Source of the DNA: Candidatus Latescibacterota bacterium
GTDB lineage: Bacteria > Latescibacterota > UBA2968 > UBA8231
Reading direction: 5' to 3'
Length of the DNA: 64,000 bases
Assembly (NCBI GenBank): GCA_965206595.1
Contig: OZ242214.1
Coordinates: 3,968,001 to 4,032,000 of the forward strand
Position 1 is the first letter of the stretch. Each line of letters opens with the position of its first letter. Below the pieces are notes generated by a model that was not told the DNA's origin, did no database searches, and worked only from the letters and a program-made list of their open reading frames with translations. Positions 30,861 through 40,493 of the stretch are shown one piece after another. A program made the position numbers and the translations under genes.

Positions 30861-32102
30861 ATGGACAAGCTCGCAGTGATCTTCAGGATTTCCTGGCGCA
30901 GCATCTGGCGCAACCGGCGCCGCACCTGGATCACGCTCAGCGCCATCGCCTTCGGCCTCGCCCTGGCGGTCTTCTTCATCGCCTTCGCAGACGGCGTCTA
31001 CAACCAGCTGATCGACGACGCCACGCGCATGCAGGGCGGTCACTTCACCCTCGAGCACCCGCACTACCGCGAGGCACCCGCGGTCGATCTGTTCGTCGGC
31101 GGCGTCTCCGGCCTGCGCGCCCGCCTCGAGGGGCTCGACGGCGTCCTGGGCACCAAGGCCCTGGTCCTCGGACAGGGGGTCGCCAAGTCGGGCAGCGGCG
31201 CGGTAGGTGTGTCCGTCATGGGGGTGGAGCCGGCGATCGAGGCAGGGGCGTCCCCGATCGCCGGCAGGATGGTCACCGGGTCCTACCTCGAAGAGGGGGA
31301 CGGGCGCAAGATCGTCGTCGGCTCCGGGCTGGCGAAGCGGCTCGAGGTCCGGACCGGCAGGAAGCTCGTCATCGCCACAAACGACGCTTCCGGCGAGATC
31401 GTCGAGGAGCTCTTCAGGGTCAAGGGGACGTTCGAGGTCGGCTCCGACGAAGTGGACGCCTACCTGGTGCAGATCCCGCTGGAGTTCGCGCGCCGGCTCT
31501 ACGGCCTCGGCGACGACGACGCCACCCAGGTCGGCGTCCTGCTCGCCGATCCCGGCCGGCGGCCTGCGGTCATGGCCGCGGCGCGGGAGCTCGTTCCCCG
31601 CGGGGTTGCCCTGCGCACCTGGGAAGAGGTGATGCCCGAGCTCGCCAGCTACGTCCGCGTCGACCGCGGCAGCAACCTGATCTTCCAGGGGATCGTCGTC
31701 TTCCTCAGCCTGTTCACGATCTTCAACACCATCCTGATGTCGGTGCTGGAGCGCACCCGCGAGCTGGCGATGCAGCTCGCCCTCGGGGTGTCGGCCTCCC
31801 TGCTGCGCCTGCAGGTGGTGATCGAGTCCGCCCTGCTCGGCGCTCTCGGCAGCAGCCTCGGGATCCTGCTCGGCGGGGGCCTCGGCTACTGGATGCAGGC
31901 CGAAGGCCTCGACATCTCGCGCTTCTACGGCGATGACATCGACGTCTCGGGATTCGCCCTCGACACCATGGTCCACGCCGACGTCACCGTCGAGCTCCTC
32001 CTTTCGATGTGGCTGCTCGTCTTCGCCGCCACCGTGCTCCTCAGCCTCATCCCGGGACGGCAGATCTCGCGCATCCCCGTCGCCGACGTACTGCGGGCCT
32101 GA
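30861..32102 (+). CDS. ABC transporter permease (LolE/FtsX-like)
   Basis: SWRSIWRNRRRT, NTILMSVLERTRE, four-TM MacB/FtsX layout. Confidence 0.9.
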   Translation: MDKLAVIFRISWRSIWRNRRRTWITLSAIAFGLALAVFFIAFADGVYNQLIDDATRMQGGHFTLEHPHYREAPAVDLFVGGVSGLRARLEGLDGVLGTKALVLGQGVAKSGSGAVGVSVMGVEPAIEAGASPIAGRMVTGSYLEEGDGRKIVVGSGLAKRLEVRTGRKLVIATNDASGEIVEELFRVKGTFEVGSDEVDAYLVQIPLEFARRLYGLGDDDATQVGVLLADPGRRPAVMAAARELVPRGVALRTWEEVMPELASYVRVDRGSNLIFQGIVVFLSLFTIFNTILMSVLERTRELAMQLALGVSASLLRLQVVIESALLGALGSSLGILLGGGLGYWMQAEGLDISRFYGDDIDVSGFALDTMVHADVTVELLLSMWLLVFAATVLLSLIPGRQISRIPVADVLRA

Positions 32103-32106
32103 AGCG

Positions 32107-32796
32107 ATGAACGCACCTATCGTACGCCTCGAGGGGGTCGTCAAGGAGTACGGCGAAGGGGAGGTCGCGACCCGCGCCCTCGCCGGGATCGACCTCGAGA
32201 TCCATCCCGGGGAGTTCGCCGCCGTCGCCGGGCCCTCCGGCTCCGGCAAGAGCACCCTGCTCAACGTCGCCAGCGGCCTCGACCGGACCACCGAGGGCAG
32301 GGTGTTCGTCGCCGGCGAGGAGATCACCTCCGCTTCGGGGAGCCGGCTCAGCGAGCTGCGCCTGCGGCACATCGGCTTCGTCTTCCAGGCCTACAACCTC
32401 ATCCCGGTGCTGACCGCCTTCGAGAACGCCGAGTACATCCTCATGCTGCAGGGGGTGCGGCTGCGGGAGCGGCGCGAAAGGGTGATGGAGCTGCTGGCGC
32501 AGGTCGGTCTCGCCGGCATGGAGCACCGCTTTCCCCACGAGCTCTCCGGCGGGCAGCAGCAGCGCGTCGCCATCGCCCGGGCCATCGCCTCGGAACCGGC
32601 GCTGGTGCTGGCGGACGAGCCGACCGCCAACGTCGACCAGACGACCGCCTCGTCGCTGATGGACCTGATGGCGCAGCTGAACGAAGAGCGGGACACGACC
32701 TTCCTGTTCTCCTCCCACGACCGGCACGTCCTCGAGCGCGCCCGGCGCCTGCTGACCCTCACGGACGGCCGCATCACCGGCGATACGGCCCGGTGA
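32107..32796 (+). CDS. ABC transporter ATP-binding protein (LolD-like)
   Basis: GPSGSGKS, IGFVFQ, LSGGQQQRV, LADEPT. Confidence 0.93.
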   Translation: MNAPIVRLEGVVKEYGEGEVATRALAGIDLEIHPGEFAAVAGPSGSGKSTLLNVASGLDRTTEGRVFVAGEEITSASGSRLSELRLRHIGFVFQAYNLIPVLTAFENAEYILMLQGVRLRERRERVMELLAQVGLAGMEHRFPHELSGGQQQRVAIARAIASEPALVLADEPTANVDQTTASSLMDLMAQLNEERDTTFLFSSHDRHVLERARRLLTLTDGRITGDTAR

Positions 32797-33020
32797 AGTA
32801 GTGCCCCGGCGCGATGGTTCGGGTACGAACCGGGGGGCAAGGCGCGCCAACTCCGCGTATGGGTGGAATACACCGTGCAAGCGCAACACCGCGAGCCGGG
32901 ATGCACCGGCGATTCGAATCGAGGCGGAATGCATGTACCAGCGAGTTGGTTGATGCCGGTCGATAATGTGCCCGGCAGCAGGCCGGGCCGCCGCCCCGTG
33001 GGATTTTCCCACCTGCTCCG

Positions 33021-34295
33021 GTGACCGGAATGAGGCCGGTCGCCGCCGCCTGCTTCGGCGCCGCGCTCTCGGGGCTGCCGGCGGCCGGGAGCGCCGCGGC
33101 GGATTTCGACGCCAACCTCCGGACCACCAGCGTGGCGGCGCGCAACTACCACCAGCCGCTGCTCTGGGGCCGGGAAAACGGCGCCGACGGCCGCACCGAC
33201 CTCGCCCTGCGCCTCATCGCCTCCGGCCGCCCGAATCAGCGCATGCGCTGGGAGGCGCACGCCGTCCAGAACCTGGCGCTGACCACCTTCGCCAACGCCG
33301 CGGCCGGCTCCGCGAACCTGCTGGGGGCCGGCGGCACCGAGGTTCCCTACCGCCTTGCCGGCGCGCGCTGGGAGTGGGGGGACGCCGGCGACGTCAGGGC
33401 ATCCGGGCACCTCGACCGCGCCCATCTCAGGATCGCCCTGGAGCGCGCCGACATCACCGCCGGGCGTCAGGCGATCACCTTCGGCAAGGCCTGGTTCTGG
33501 AACCCCCTCGATATCTTCCTGCCGTTCGGCTCCACCCAGTTCGACCGCGACTACAAGCCCGGCGTCGACGCCCTGCGCGTCGATCTCCCCCTCGGCGACT
33601 TCTCGGGCGCCACCCTGGTCGCGGCGCCGGGGCGGGCGCAGTCCGGAGCCCAGCCTGGGGGGGAGGACGCCTGGTACCGCAGCGCCCTGGTGGCGCGCGC
33701 CTATGGAAACGCCCGCGGCTGGGATGTCGCCGCGCAGGGAGGGAAGATTCTCGGGGGGTATCAGCTCGGAGGAGCCGTGACGGGAGAGCTGGGCGGCCTG
33801 CAGCTGCGCGGGGAAGCGGCATGGTTCGCCGCGCAGGACGGGACCGGGGCCGGGGCTTCGGGCGGTTCAGCGGTTGGCGACCACCTCGCCGCGGTCGCCG
33901 GCGCCGGCCGAGGTTTCGCCGTCCGCGACCTCCAGCTGCAGGCCGAGTACTTCTACAACGGCGCCGCGCGCGGCGACCTGAAGGAACGGTTCGCCCTGGT
34001 AGTCGATGGCCGTCTGAGGCACGCGAGCCGCCACCTTCTCGGCGGGCTCGCCAGCGGCCGGATTCACCCCCTGGTCAGCGGCTCCCTCGCCGGGCTGTGG
34101 GGGATCGGGGACGGCTCATGGCTTGCGCAGCCCGGCCTGGTCTGGTCAGCCGCGAACGAAGTCGAGGTGGTCGCCGGGGCGGTGATCGCACGGGGTAGGC
34201 GGCCGGTTGGGGGCACTGCCGAAGACCTCAGGTTCCGCAGCGAGTTCGGAACCTATCCCGACTTCTACTACCTCGAGACCAAGCTCTACTTCTGA
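33021..34295 (+). CDS. Putative outer-membrane beta-barrel protein
   Basis: Signal peptide; GRQAITFG..WNPLD, YKPGVDAL; C-terminal YLETKLYF (BAM-type terminal Phe). Confidence 0.75.
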   Translation: MTGMRPVAAACFGAALSGLPAAGSAAADFDANLRTTSVAARNYHQPLLWGRENGADGRTDLALRLIASGRPNQRMRWEAHAVQNLALTTFANAAAGSANLLGAGGTEVPYRLAGARWEWGDAGDVRASGHLDRAHLRIALERADITAGRQAITFGKAWFWNPLDIFLPFGSTQFDRDYKPGVDALRVDLPLGDFSGATLVAAPGRAQSGAQPGGEDAWYRSALVARAYGNARGWDVAAQGGKILGGYQLGGAVTGELGGLQLRGEAAWFAAQDGTGAGASGGSAVGDHLAAVAGAGRGFAVRDLQLQAEYFYNGAARGDLKERFALVVDGRLRHASRHLLGGLASGRIHPLVSGSLAGLWGIGDGSWLAQPGLVWSAANEVEVVAGAVIARGRRPVGGTAEDLRFRSEFGTYPDFYYLETKLYF

Positions 34296-34336
34296 GAAGC
34301 AGGCCTCTCCCTCCCCGATGACAGCCTTCGTCAAGG

Positions 34337-36768
34337 CTACTTGAGCAGAAGCAGCCGCCGCGTCTGCTCCCCGCCCGGGTACTGCAGGCGGGTCACATAG
34401 ACGCCGGCCGCGGCCGCGGTGCCCCCCTGATCGCGCGCGTCCCAGTGGACCTGGTAGGAGCCGGCATTCTGGAACTTTTCCACCAGCGTCCGAACCCGCT
34501 GGCCCAGGACGTTGTAGACCTCCAGCCGCACCGGTCCGGCGTCGGCCAGGCGGTAGACGAGCCGGGTGCCGGCATTGAAGGGATTGGGATAGTTGGGCGC
34601 CAGGGCGCTGAGGGCGGGAAGGCCGGATTCGGGAAGAAAGGTCGAGACTGAGGTCTCGGGTCGGGAAACCGCCAGGGCGATGCTCCCTGCCCCGCCCAAT
34701 CCCGTGATGAGGGTTGCCTCGTTGCCCTGCAGGTCGGACAAGTGGATTGAACCCCCCTGCGACCAGTACAGCCTGCCTTCGACCCCATCCACGACGATGG
34801 CATCCGACCCCACGGGGATGCCGAGGGACTCCAGGTCGCTGCCGTCCAAATTAGAGCGGTGGAGGCTGCCGGGGAATTCCGGATTCTCGTGTTGGCTCCA
34901 TGAGTACAAGCGCCGGATCACTGAATACATCTTGCCACCAACCGGGTCCAGGGCTATACCGCCCACGCCGGGCCTCGGGAACCAGCCATCGGTGTGAAAG
35001 CTGTAATGCAAAAGGACTTCAGCATTTGTACCGGCCAGCCCGGCTCGTCCGATGCTGTACGTCATATCATCCCCGTTTTCGAAACGCCAAGCCATCCAGT
35101 ACATCGTGCCGGCCCCCAAGTCCAGGGCGATCCCTGCCATTCCATCAGGACCGGGCGGGATTGCGAGGTTCTCCACGTTGCCGCCGTCCAGGTCCGCCCG
35201 GTGAATCACACTCGTGTCCCGGTTCGTCCAGTACATCTTTCCCCCGGGCACATCCAGGGCAATCCCCCCAGGGGCTGTCAATCCTCCGGCGAGATCCTCG
35301 ATATTATCGCCATCGAGATCCGCCCGGTGGATCCTGTTCGTTCCCCGGTCCGTCCAGTACATCCTGTTTCCGGCCAGGTCCAGGGCGAGGCTGACAGGAG
35401 CCCTTCTTACCTCCGCGATCAGGGTCTCGGCATGGGTTCCATCCCGATCGACCCGCCGGATTCTCTCCGTTCCCGGTTCCGTCCAGTACATCCTGTCGCC
35501 GACCGGGTCGAAGGCGATTCCTCCGGGATATTCTGCACCGGTGAACAAGGGGGCGGCATGGGAGCCGTCCAAGTCCGCCCGGTAGATCACTTGGGCGTCC
35601 GTCCAGTACATCCTGCCGCCCTTCAGGTCCACAGCAAGACTTCTCGGCACCGGTTGCCCGTCAAAGGTGACGAGAGTCTCGCTGTTCGAGCCGTCCAGGT
35701 TCGCCCGGTGGATGCCCTGGCTGTCCGACCAGTAGATCCTGCCTCCGGGTACGTCCAGGACGATGTCAACGGTGTTAATGCCGTCAACGCTGTTTATGCG
35801 CAGGCATGGGCTGTTGCCGGTGCCGTCCAGGTTGGCTCGCCTGATGGATTCCTCGTCCACCCAGAACATGGTTCCTGCACTGACGTTCAGGGCGATGTCC
35901 ACCATCGGGGCAAATTGCCATTCCTCCCACACGAGGTCCTCCGGTGAGGAGCCGTCCAGGTTCGCGCGCTTGACCCCGCCATTCCACCACTCTCCGATTT
36001 CAAAATCAAAGTAGCGGCGGTTGGCCGTGTAATAGACCTTGTCTGCATCGAGATCCAAGGCAATCCCCATTGGATGCTCCTGCCCGGTAACCAGGATGGT
36101 TTCCGGATTCGAGCCGTTCAGATCACTCCGTTGGATCTTGCCGGCGTGTCCGTTCCATTTCGTCCAGTACATCTTGCCTGCGGCGGGGTCCAGGGCGATC
36201 CATTCCGGGCTCCCGCCTCCATCGACCACGATCTGGATATTGGAGCCCCCATCCAGGTCGGCCCGCCGGATGTCCCCCGAGCCCAGGTCCGTCCAGTATA
36301 TCCTTCCCTCCGGCGGGGGCGGGGGGTCACAGGGGGGTACGTCGCCAAAGGCAAATGGCGAATCCCCCACGCAAATCATTTCGTTGCCGGTGAAGTCCAC
36401 AAGGACCGGATTCTGACGAAATAGCTCGACCAGTCCGCGCCCAAGGGACCCGCTCAACCGGTTGTGGGAAAGGTCCATCCTCCAGAGCTTGGCCAATTGA
36501 CCCAACTCGGGCGGAATCGGTCCGCTCAAGACATTGCGGGAAAGGTCCAAATCCACCATGGAAGCCATGCGACCTAATTCAGGTGGAATCTGCCCCGTCA
36601 GATCGTTTTCGGAGAGATTTAAGACCCTTAACAAGGCCAATTGACCCAACTCGGGCGGAATCGGTCCACTCAAGGCATTGCGGGAGAGGTCCAACCTTTC
36701 CAAGGCAGCCATGCGACCCCAAGTCAGGTGGAATCTCTCCCGTCAGATCGTTTTCGGAGAGGTTCAAG
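34337..36768 (-). pseudogene. LRR + YWTD beta-propeller protein with FlgD-Ig/T9SS-like C-terminal domain, 5'-truncated by IS1380
   Basis: Plant-type LRRs (LSGPIPPELGQL), many MYWTD..I.RA.LDG repeats, tail PNYPNPFN...GVY..RL. An extra G at ~36718 separates one more LRR; no signal peptide is left. Confidence 0.85.
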
Positions 36769-38628
36769 CCTTTGTTATTCATTCAACCCGCGCATAAGCG
36801 GACATAGGCGCTTCCGAGACCCCTTCGCTTAGCCTCAGAGGCTTGCGTTCCTTCTATAGTCGGCTTTTTGGGTAGAGCCGTCTCCTTATCTCTACCGACC
36901 TTGTTGAAATTGTACGCGCCTTCTCGAAGACGCTTGCCTTTGCGAGCCCATCATCCCGACCGACCCGGCCTGCGCTTACGCCATCGCCGCGTCCACCGGT
37001 TTGAGCGTGGCCAGAAATCTCCACAGACGATCCCAGGCAGCCGCCGTCCCTTGGGTCAGGATGACGCCCACCCTGCGCCCATGCAAGGTGACGCGGGACG
37101 GCAGGCGCAGGTAGCGCCGTCGAAAACTGTCCAGGCTCAGGGCCGTCGTCGAGCGTCCGTATGTGCGGGGCCGCCCGCGTCGGGCCTCGGCGCGTTCGGC
37201 GGCCTGGCGGCCCAGGTGAAGCAGGTTGTAGGCCAGCAGGTTCAAGGTCAGAAGCGCCTGGTTGGCAGCGAAGGCATCCCGGGACGGGGTGCGCTGACGC
37301 GGCTCTCGACCCCGGTAGTGTTGCTTGCGACGGGTGGTAGAGGAGAGCTGAGGCTGGAGGGTGGAGCTCAACTCGCCGAGCATGCGCTCGAAAAGGCCGC
37401 GCTGACGATAAAAGGCGACCAGGTCGCGGCCGCTCATCGTCTGGGGACTCTGGTCGGTGATCAGGAAGAAGTGGCGGGCGATGGGCAGCTCTTCCGTCTC
37501 GGAAGGGACCAGGACCAACACCACCCGCCGGGGCTGCGCCCAGGACCTGGCTTGATAGCGCAGCTCGCGACAGCGAAAACCCTCTTCCCGCAGCTCTTCC
37601 GGGTGCTGCGCCAGCTCCTGCTGATAGCCTTCCACCCAGGCACGAGCCAGCTCCTCCAGGCGCGCATTCTTCTTGATGCGCGCCACGTACGAGGTGTCGG
37701 CCCGCGCTTCCAGCTCACTCAGGAAAGACCCGCTCACCGAGGCCGCGTCGAAGCGCAGGATGAGGCGCCGGGCCAGATGCGACTGAATCCAGTCCAAGCG
37801 CTTGCCGAGAGCCTCTGAGGCACCCTCATGGGCGTGCACGTTGCCCGGCCGCAGCACGGCACCGAAGAAATCGCCCGTCTGCGCCGAGCCGAGGAGCAGG
37901 GGATGGTACCCCGAGGCGTGGAAGTAGCCGTTGTATTCGACCCCCGCCTGGTGCCCGTGCGCCGGCATCGGCAGGGCATCCATGTCGACGGCCAACTCCT
38001 CGTATTTCATCCGTCCTTCCAGCAGCCGGCAACGAGACCGGGCGCTGCGCAGGACGGCTTCCTCCAACACCTCGCGGTTATAGGCAGTCGAGGCTTGCTC
38101 GAGCAGGCGCGACAGCGTCGGCTGACTGGCCAGTCCCTGCGGCCGGTCTTCGTCGCCGCTGCGCAACGGCGCCTGCCCTTTGCGATCGCTGACCGCCAGA
38201 CGCAGGATCGGATCTTGGCGCAACGCGTCGGCGTCGGCGGCGTGGGTCCAGCCCTGTGCCAGCAGCACGATCTGTGTGCGCAGCAGCTCCGGCAGCGGGT
38301 GCGTGATCTGGTCTTGGGTACGGAGATCCTCGAAGTGGGCGTCGACCCAATCCAGAACCCGGCTGTGTTCGAGCAGTTGACGCAACATCAGCGCACCGGT
38401 GTCGCTGCCAAGGTGGGTGGGGCGGGCTTCGATGTGGATGGAGCGGTTGAAAGACGGCTGAATCGGCCCGGCTTGCTCGGACTCGGTGTGTGACGGTAAT
38501 TCACCCATTGGGTGTCCTACTGTGTGATGGGTTCAAAGGGCGATACTGCCTTGTGTTTCCCTCTGAAATCTAAGCATGGGAGGCACCCAGTACAGCCCTC
38601 TCCACTAAAATTCCATGAATAACAAGGG
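36769..38628 (-). mobile_element. IS1380-family element
   Basis: TIRs CCTTTGTTATTCAT (36769-36782) and ATGAATAACAAGGG (38615-38628); no target duplication seen. Confidence 0.85.
36976..38508 (-). CDS. IS1380 family transposase
   Basis: SDTGALML, LASQPTLSRL, VDMDA, YNGYF..GYHPL, LRPGN, RFDA, FYRQRG.FE. Confidence 0.92.
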   Translation of the reverse strand: MGELPSHTESEQAGPIQPSFNRSIHIEARPTHLGSDTGALMLRQLLEHSRVLDWVDAHFEDLRTQDQITHPLPELLRTQIVLLAQGWTHAADADALRQDPILRLAVSDRKGQAPLRSGDEDRPQGLASQPTLSRLLEQASTAYNREVLEEAVLRSARSRCRLLEGRMKYEELAVDMDALPMPAHGHQAGVEYNGYFHASGYHPLLLGSAQTGDFFGAVLRPGNVHAHEGASEALGKRLDWIQSHLARRLILRFDAASVSGSFLSELEARADTSYVARIKKNARLEELARAWVEGYQQELAQHPEELREEGFRCRELRYQARSWAQPRRVVLVLVPSETEELPIARHFFLITDQSPQTMSGRDLVAFYRQRGLFERMLGELSSTLQPQLSSTTRRKQHYRGREPRQRTPSRDAFAANQALLTLNLLAYNLLHLGRQAAERAEARRGRPRTYGRSTTALSLDSFRRRYLRLPSRVTLHGRRVGVILTQGTAAAWDRLWRFLATLKPVDAAMA

Positions 38629-39102
38629 ATGAAGGTAGTTGATCGTTGGGGAAGGGCGTCTGGGAACGCCGTAGTCTGTGGTTGCCTCCCCTACGAACGC
38701 GGTTGCCCCACCTACCGAAGCGGAAGTGGTCACAGGCGGAGCGACTCGGATGCCGAGGACATCGTTGACGTTGACTTGGTTCTGGAGTGCCTCGACATCT
38801 GATTTGACCAAGTCCTCGAGCGACGAAAAGTGCTCGCGCACTATATCCCTCAACATTCCCTGGATGTTGACCAGCGGTTTGTATCCGTTGATGTAGGGGA
38901 ACCCCAACTCGATCAGGACTGCGCTGATGTTCTGGTGCTTGCGCTCCACCGCGCCGCGCGTGCGGCCATCCAACCGAGCACGGAGGGCCTCGTTGTGGGC
39001 AGCTTTGTTGAACGGTTCACCGCGAAGTTCCGAAGCCAGCATATCGAGGTAGTCTCGAACAGTGGCTTCAACTTCCTGTCTGCTCCAATCGCTGAACTGC
39101 AT
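38629..39102 (-). pseudogene. N-terminal part of a DUF3883/NOV-type nuclease-associated protein, truncated by IS1380
   Basis: DWSRQEVEATVRDYLDML..FNKA..RTRGAVERKHQNISAVL..GYKP; the frame runs into the IS end. Confidence 0.75.
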
Positions 39103-39215
39103 GGTTCAGCATCGTACGAACGAGTACGAGGAACGCACAACTGGAACGGCGAATGCCCGGCAGTGGGAATGCCTCCGTCTTTCCACTTGCTGACCCACCT
39201 CGGGCACCTCCCTCC

Positions 39216-40493
39216 TCAGCCCGGCAGCAGGGCGTTCCACTGTGCCTCGCGGTCGGGATGGGGAGCGTTGGTCACCTGTTTCTTGCCATCGACGTAGATC
39301 CTCAGGTAGGAGGTCTCCAGGTCCGCGGTCTCGTGCAGCACGAGGCCGTCGATGCGGCAGCGCCGCGCCGCCCGGACGATGCTGCGCAGCTCCTGCGGCG
39401 TCGGGGTCCGCTTGGACAGGTTTCCCTCCCCGTCGTGGAAGTGGCAGATCATGTTCAGCCAGGTGAAAAGCTTCTTGCCGAAGCGCGCCGTCGTGTCGCT
39501 GTAGACCTCCCCCACCGACGGGTCGCAGGGGTTGAGGCGGCTGGTCACCACCACCACCGCGTCCACCAGGTCCTCGCGGCACCACCGGCCCAGGTCCATG
39601 CGGGCCCTCAGCAGGGCGCGCTCGGGGTTCTCCTTCTTCGAGTGTCCGGCGATGAGGATGTCGGGCTCCTCCGAGGTGCCCACCCAGACGGGCAGGGTCC
39701 CCGCCGCCTCGCGGACCTCCCGCAACAGCACCGTGTACGAGTCGCCGCGGATCCTCTGCAGGCGCCAGGCCAGCCAGGGGAGCTCCCGGATGCGCGAAGG
39801 CGGGGCGTCGACCCCGGTCTCCTCGCGCAGCTGTTTCAGCCAGGGCTCGTTGTACCCGTACCCGTCGTCCTCGTCCGGCTCGCCGGCATGGCTGCGGAAG
39901 CAGACGAAGAGGCCGTCCACGCCGTACTCCCGCACCTCCTCGAGGTGGTCGAGGTAGTACCGCCTTGCCTCTTCGTAGGCGTAGCAGGGGATCCCGGGGT
40001 GGTGGCTGCGGCCGTCGAGGCCCGACCAGTAGAGATGGGGGCGCTCGTCGTAGAAGGGGGAGGTGTTGCGCCCCCAGTGGCGGACGATGTGGAAGTCCTG
40101 CAGGGTCGCCCAGGCGAAGAGACGGATGCCGTTGCGCCGGGCGCTGTCGACGGCAACATCGAGGGGGTCCATGCCAGACAGCAGCTGCTCCCACGCCTCG
40201 GACTGGTCCGCAAGGCTCGGCACGGAGCGGCTGCGGTAGAGCCCCCGGGCGCCGGCAAGGGTGCGCCAGAGGATGGTCTCCACCCCGCGGCGGCGGGCCT
40301 TCTCGAAGATCTCGTCGATGTAGGCGGCCTCGGCGGCCCGGGGATCGTGCATGAGGAGCACGCCGTGGTCCAGGGTGAGGATTACCTCCCGGTCCGGTCC
40401 GGTGCCGGTCTCGCTTTCCGGCTTCGTCGGGCCGGCCCCGGCTTTGGGGCCCAGGTCCGGGGAATGGGCCCCGGCTGCAGTCATCCCAGTCAC
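39216..40493 (-). CDS. GHL10-like TIM-barrel glycoside hydrolase-like protein
   Basis: GVETILWR, DPLDVAVDSARRNGIRLFAW, CYAYEEARRYYL..EV..YGVDGL; GTGA overlap with the upstream gene. Confidence 0.7.
   Translation of the reverse strand: MTGMTAAGAHSPDLGPKAGAGPTKPESETGTGPDREVILTLDHGVLLMHDPRAAEAAYIDEIFEKARRRGVETILWRTLAGARGLYRSRSVPSLADQSEAWEQLLSGMDPLDVAVDSARRNGIRLFAWATLQDFHIVRHWGRNTSPFYDERPHLYWSGLDGRSHHPGIPCYAYEEARRYYLDHLEEVREYGVDGLFVCFRSHAGEPDEDDGYGYNEPWLKQLREETGVDAPPSRIRELPWLAWRLQRIRGDSYTVLLREVREAAGTLPVWVGTSEEPDILIAGHSKKENPERALLRARMDLGRWCREDLVDAVVVVTSRLNPCDPSVGEVYSDTTARFGKKLFTWLNMICHFHDGEGNLSKRTPTPQELRSIVRAARRCRIDGLVLHETADLETSYLRIYVDGKKQVTNAPHPDREAQWNALLPG

Noticed and set aside
34800-36760. Periodic repeats (gtccagtacat..., ggcggaatcggtcc...) that could suggest a CRISPR array
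   Set aside because: They are coding YWTD and LRR repeats; no constant repeat-spacer structure and no cas genes.
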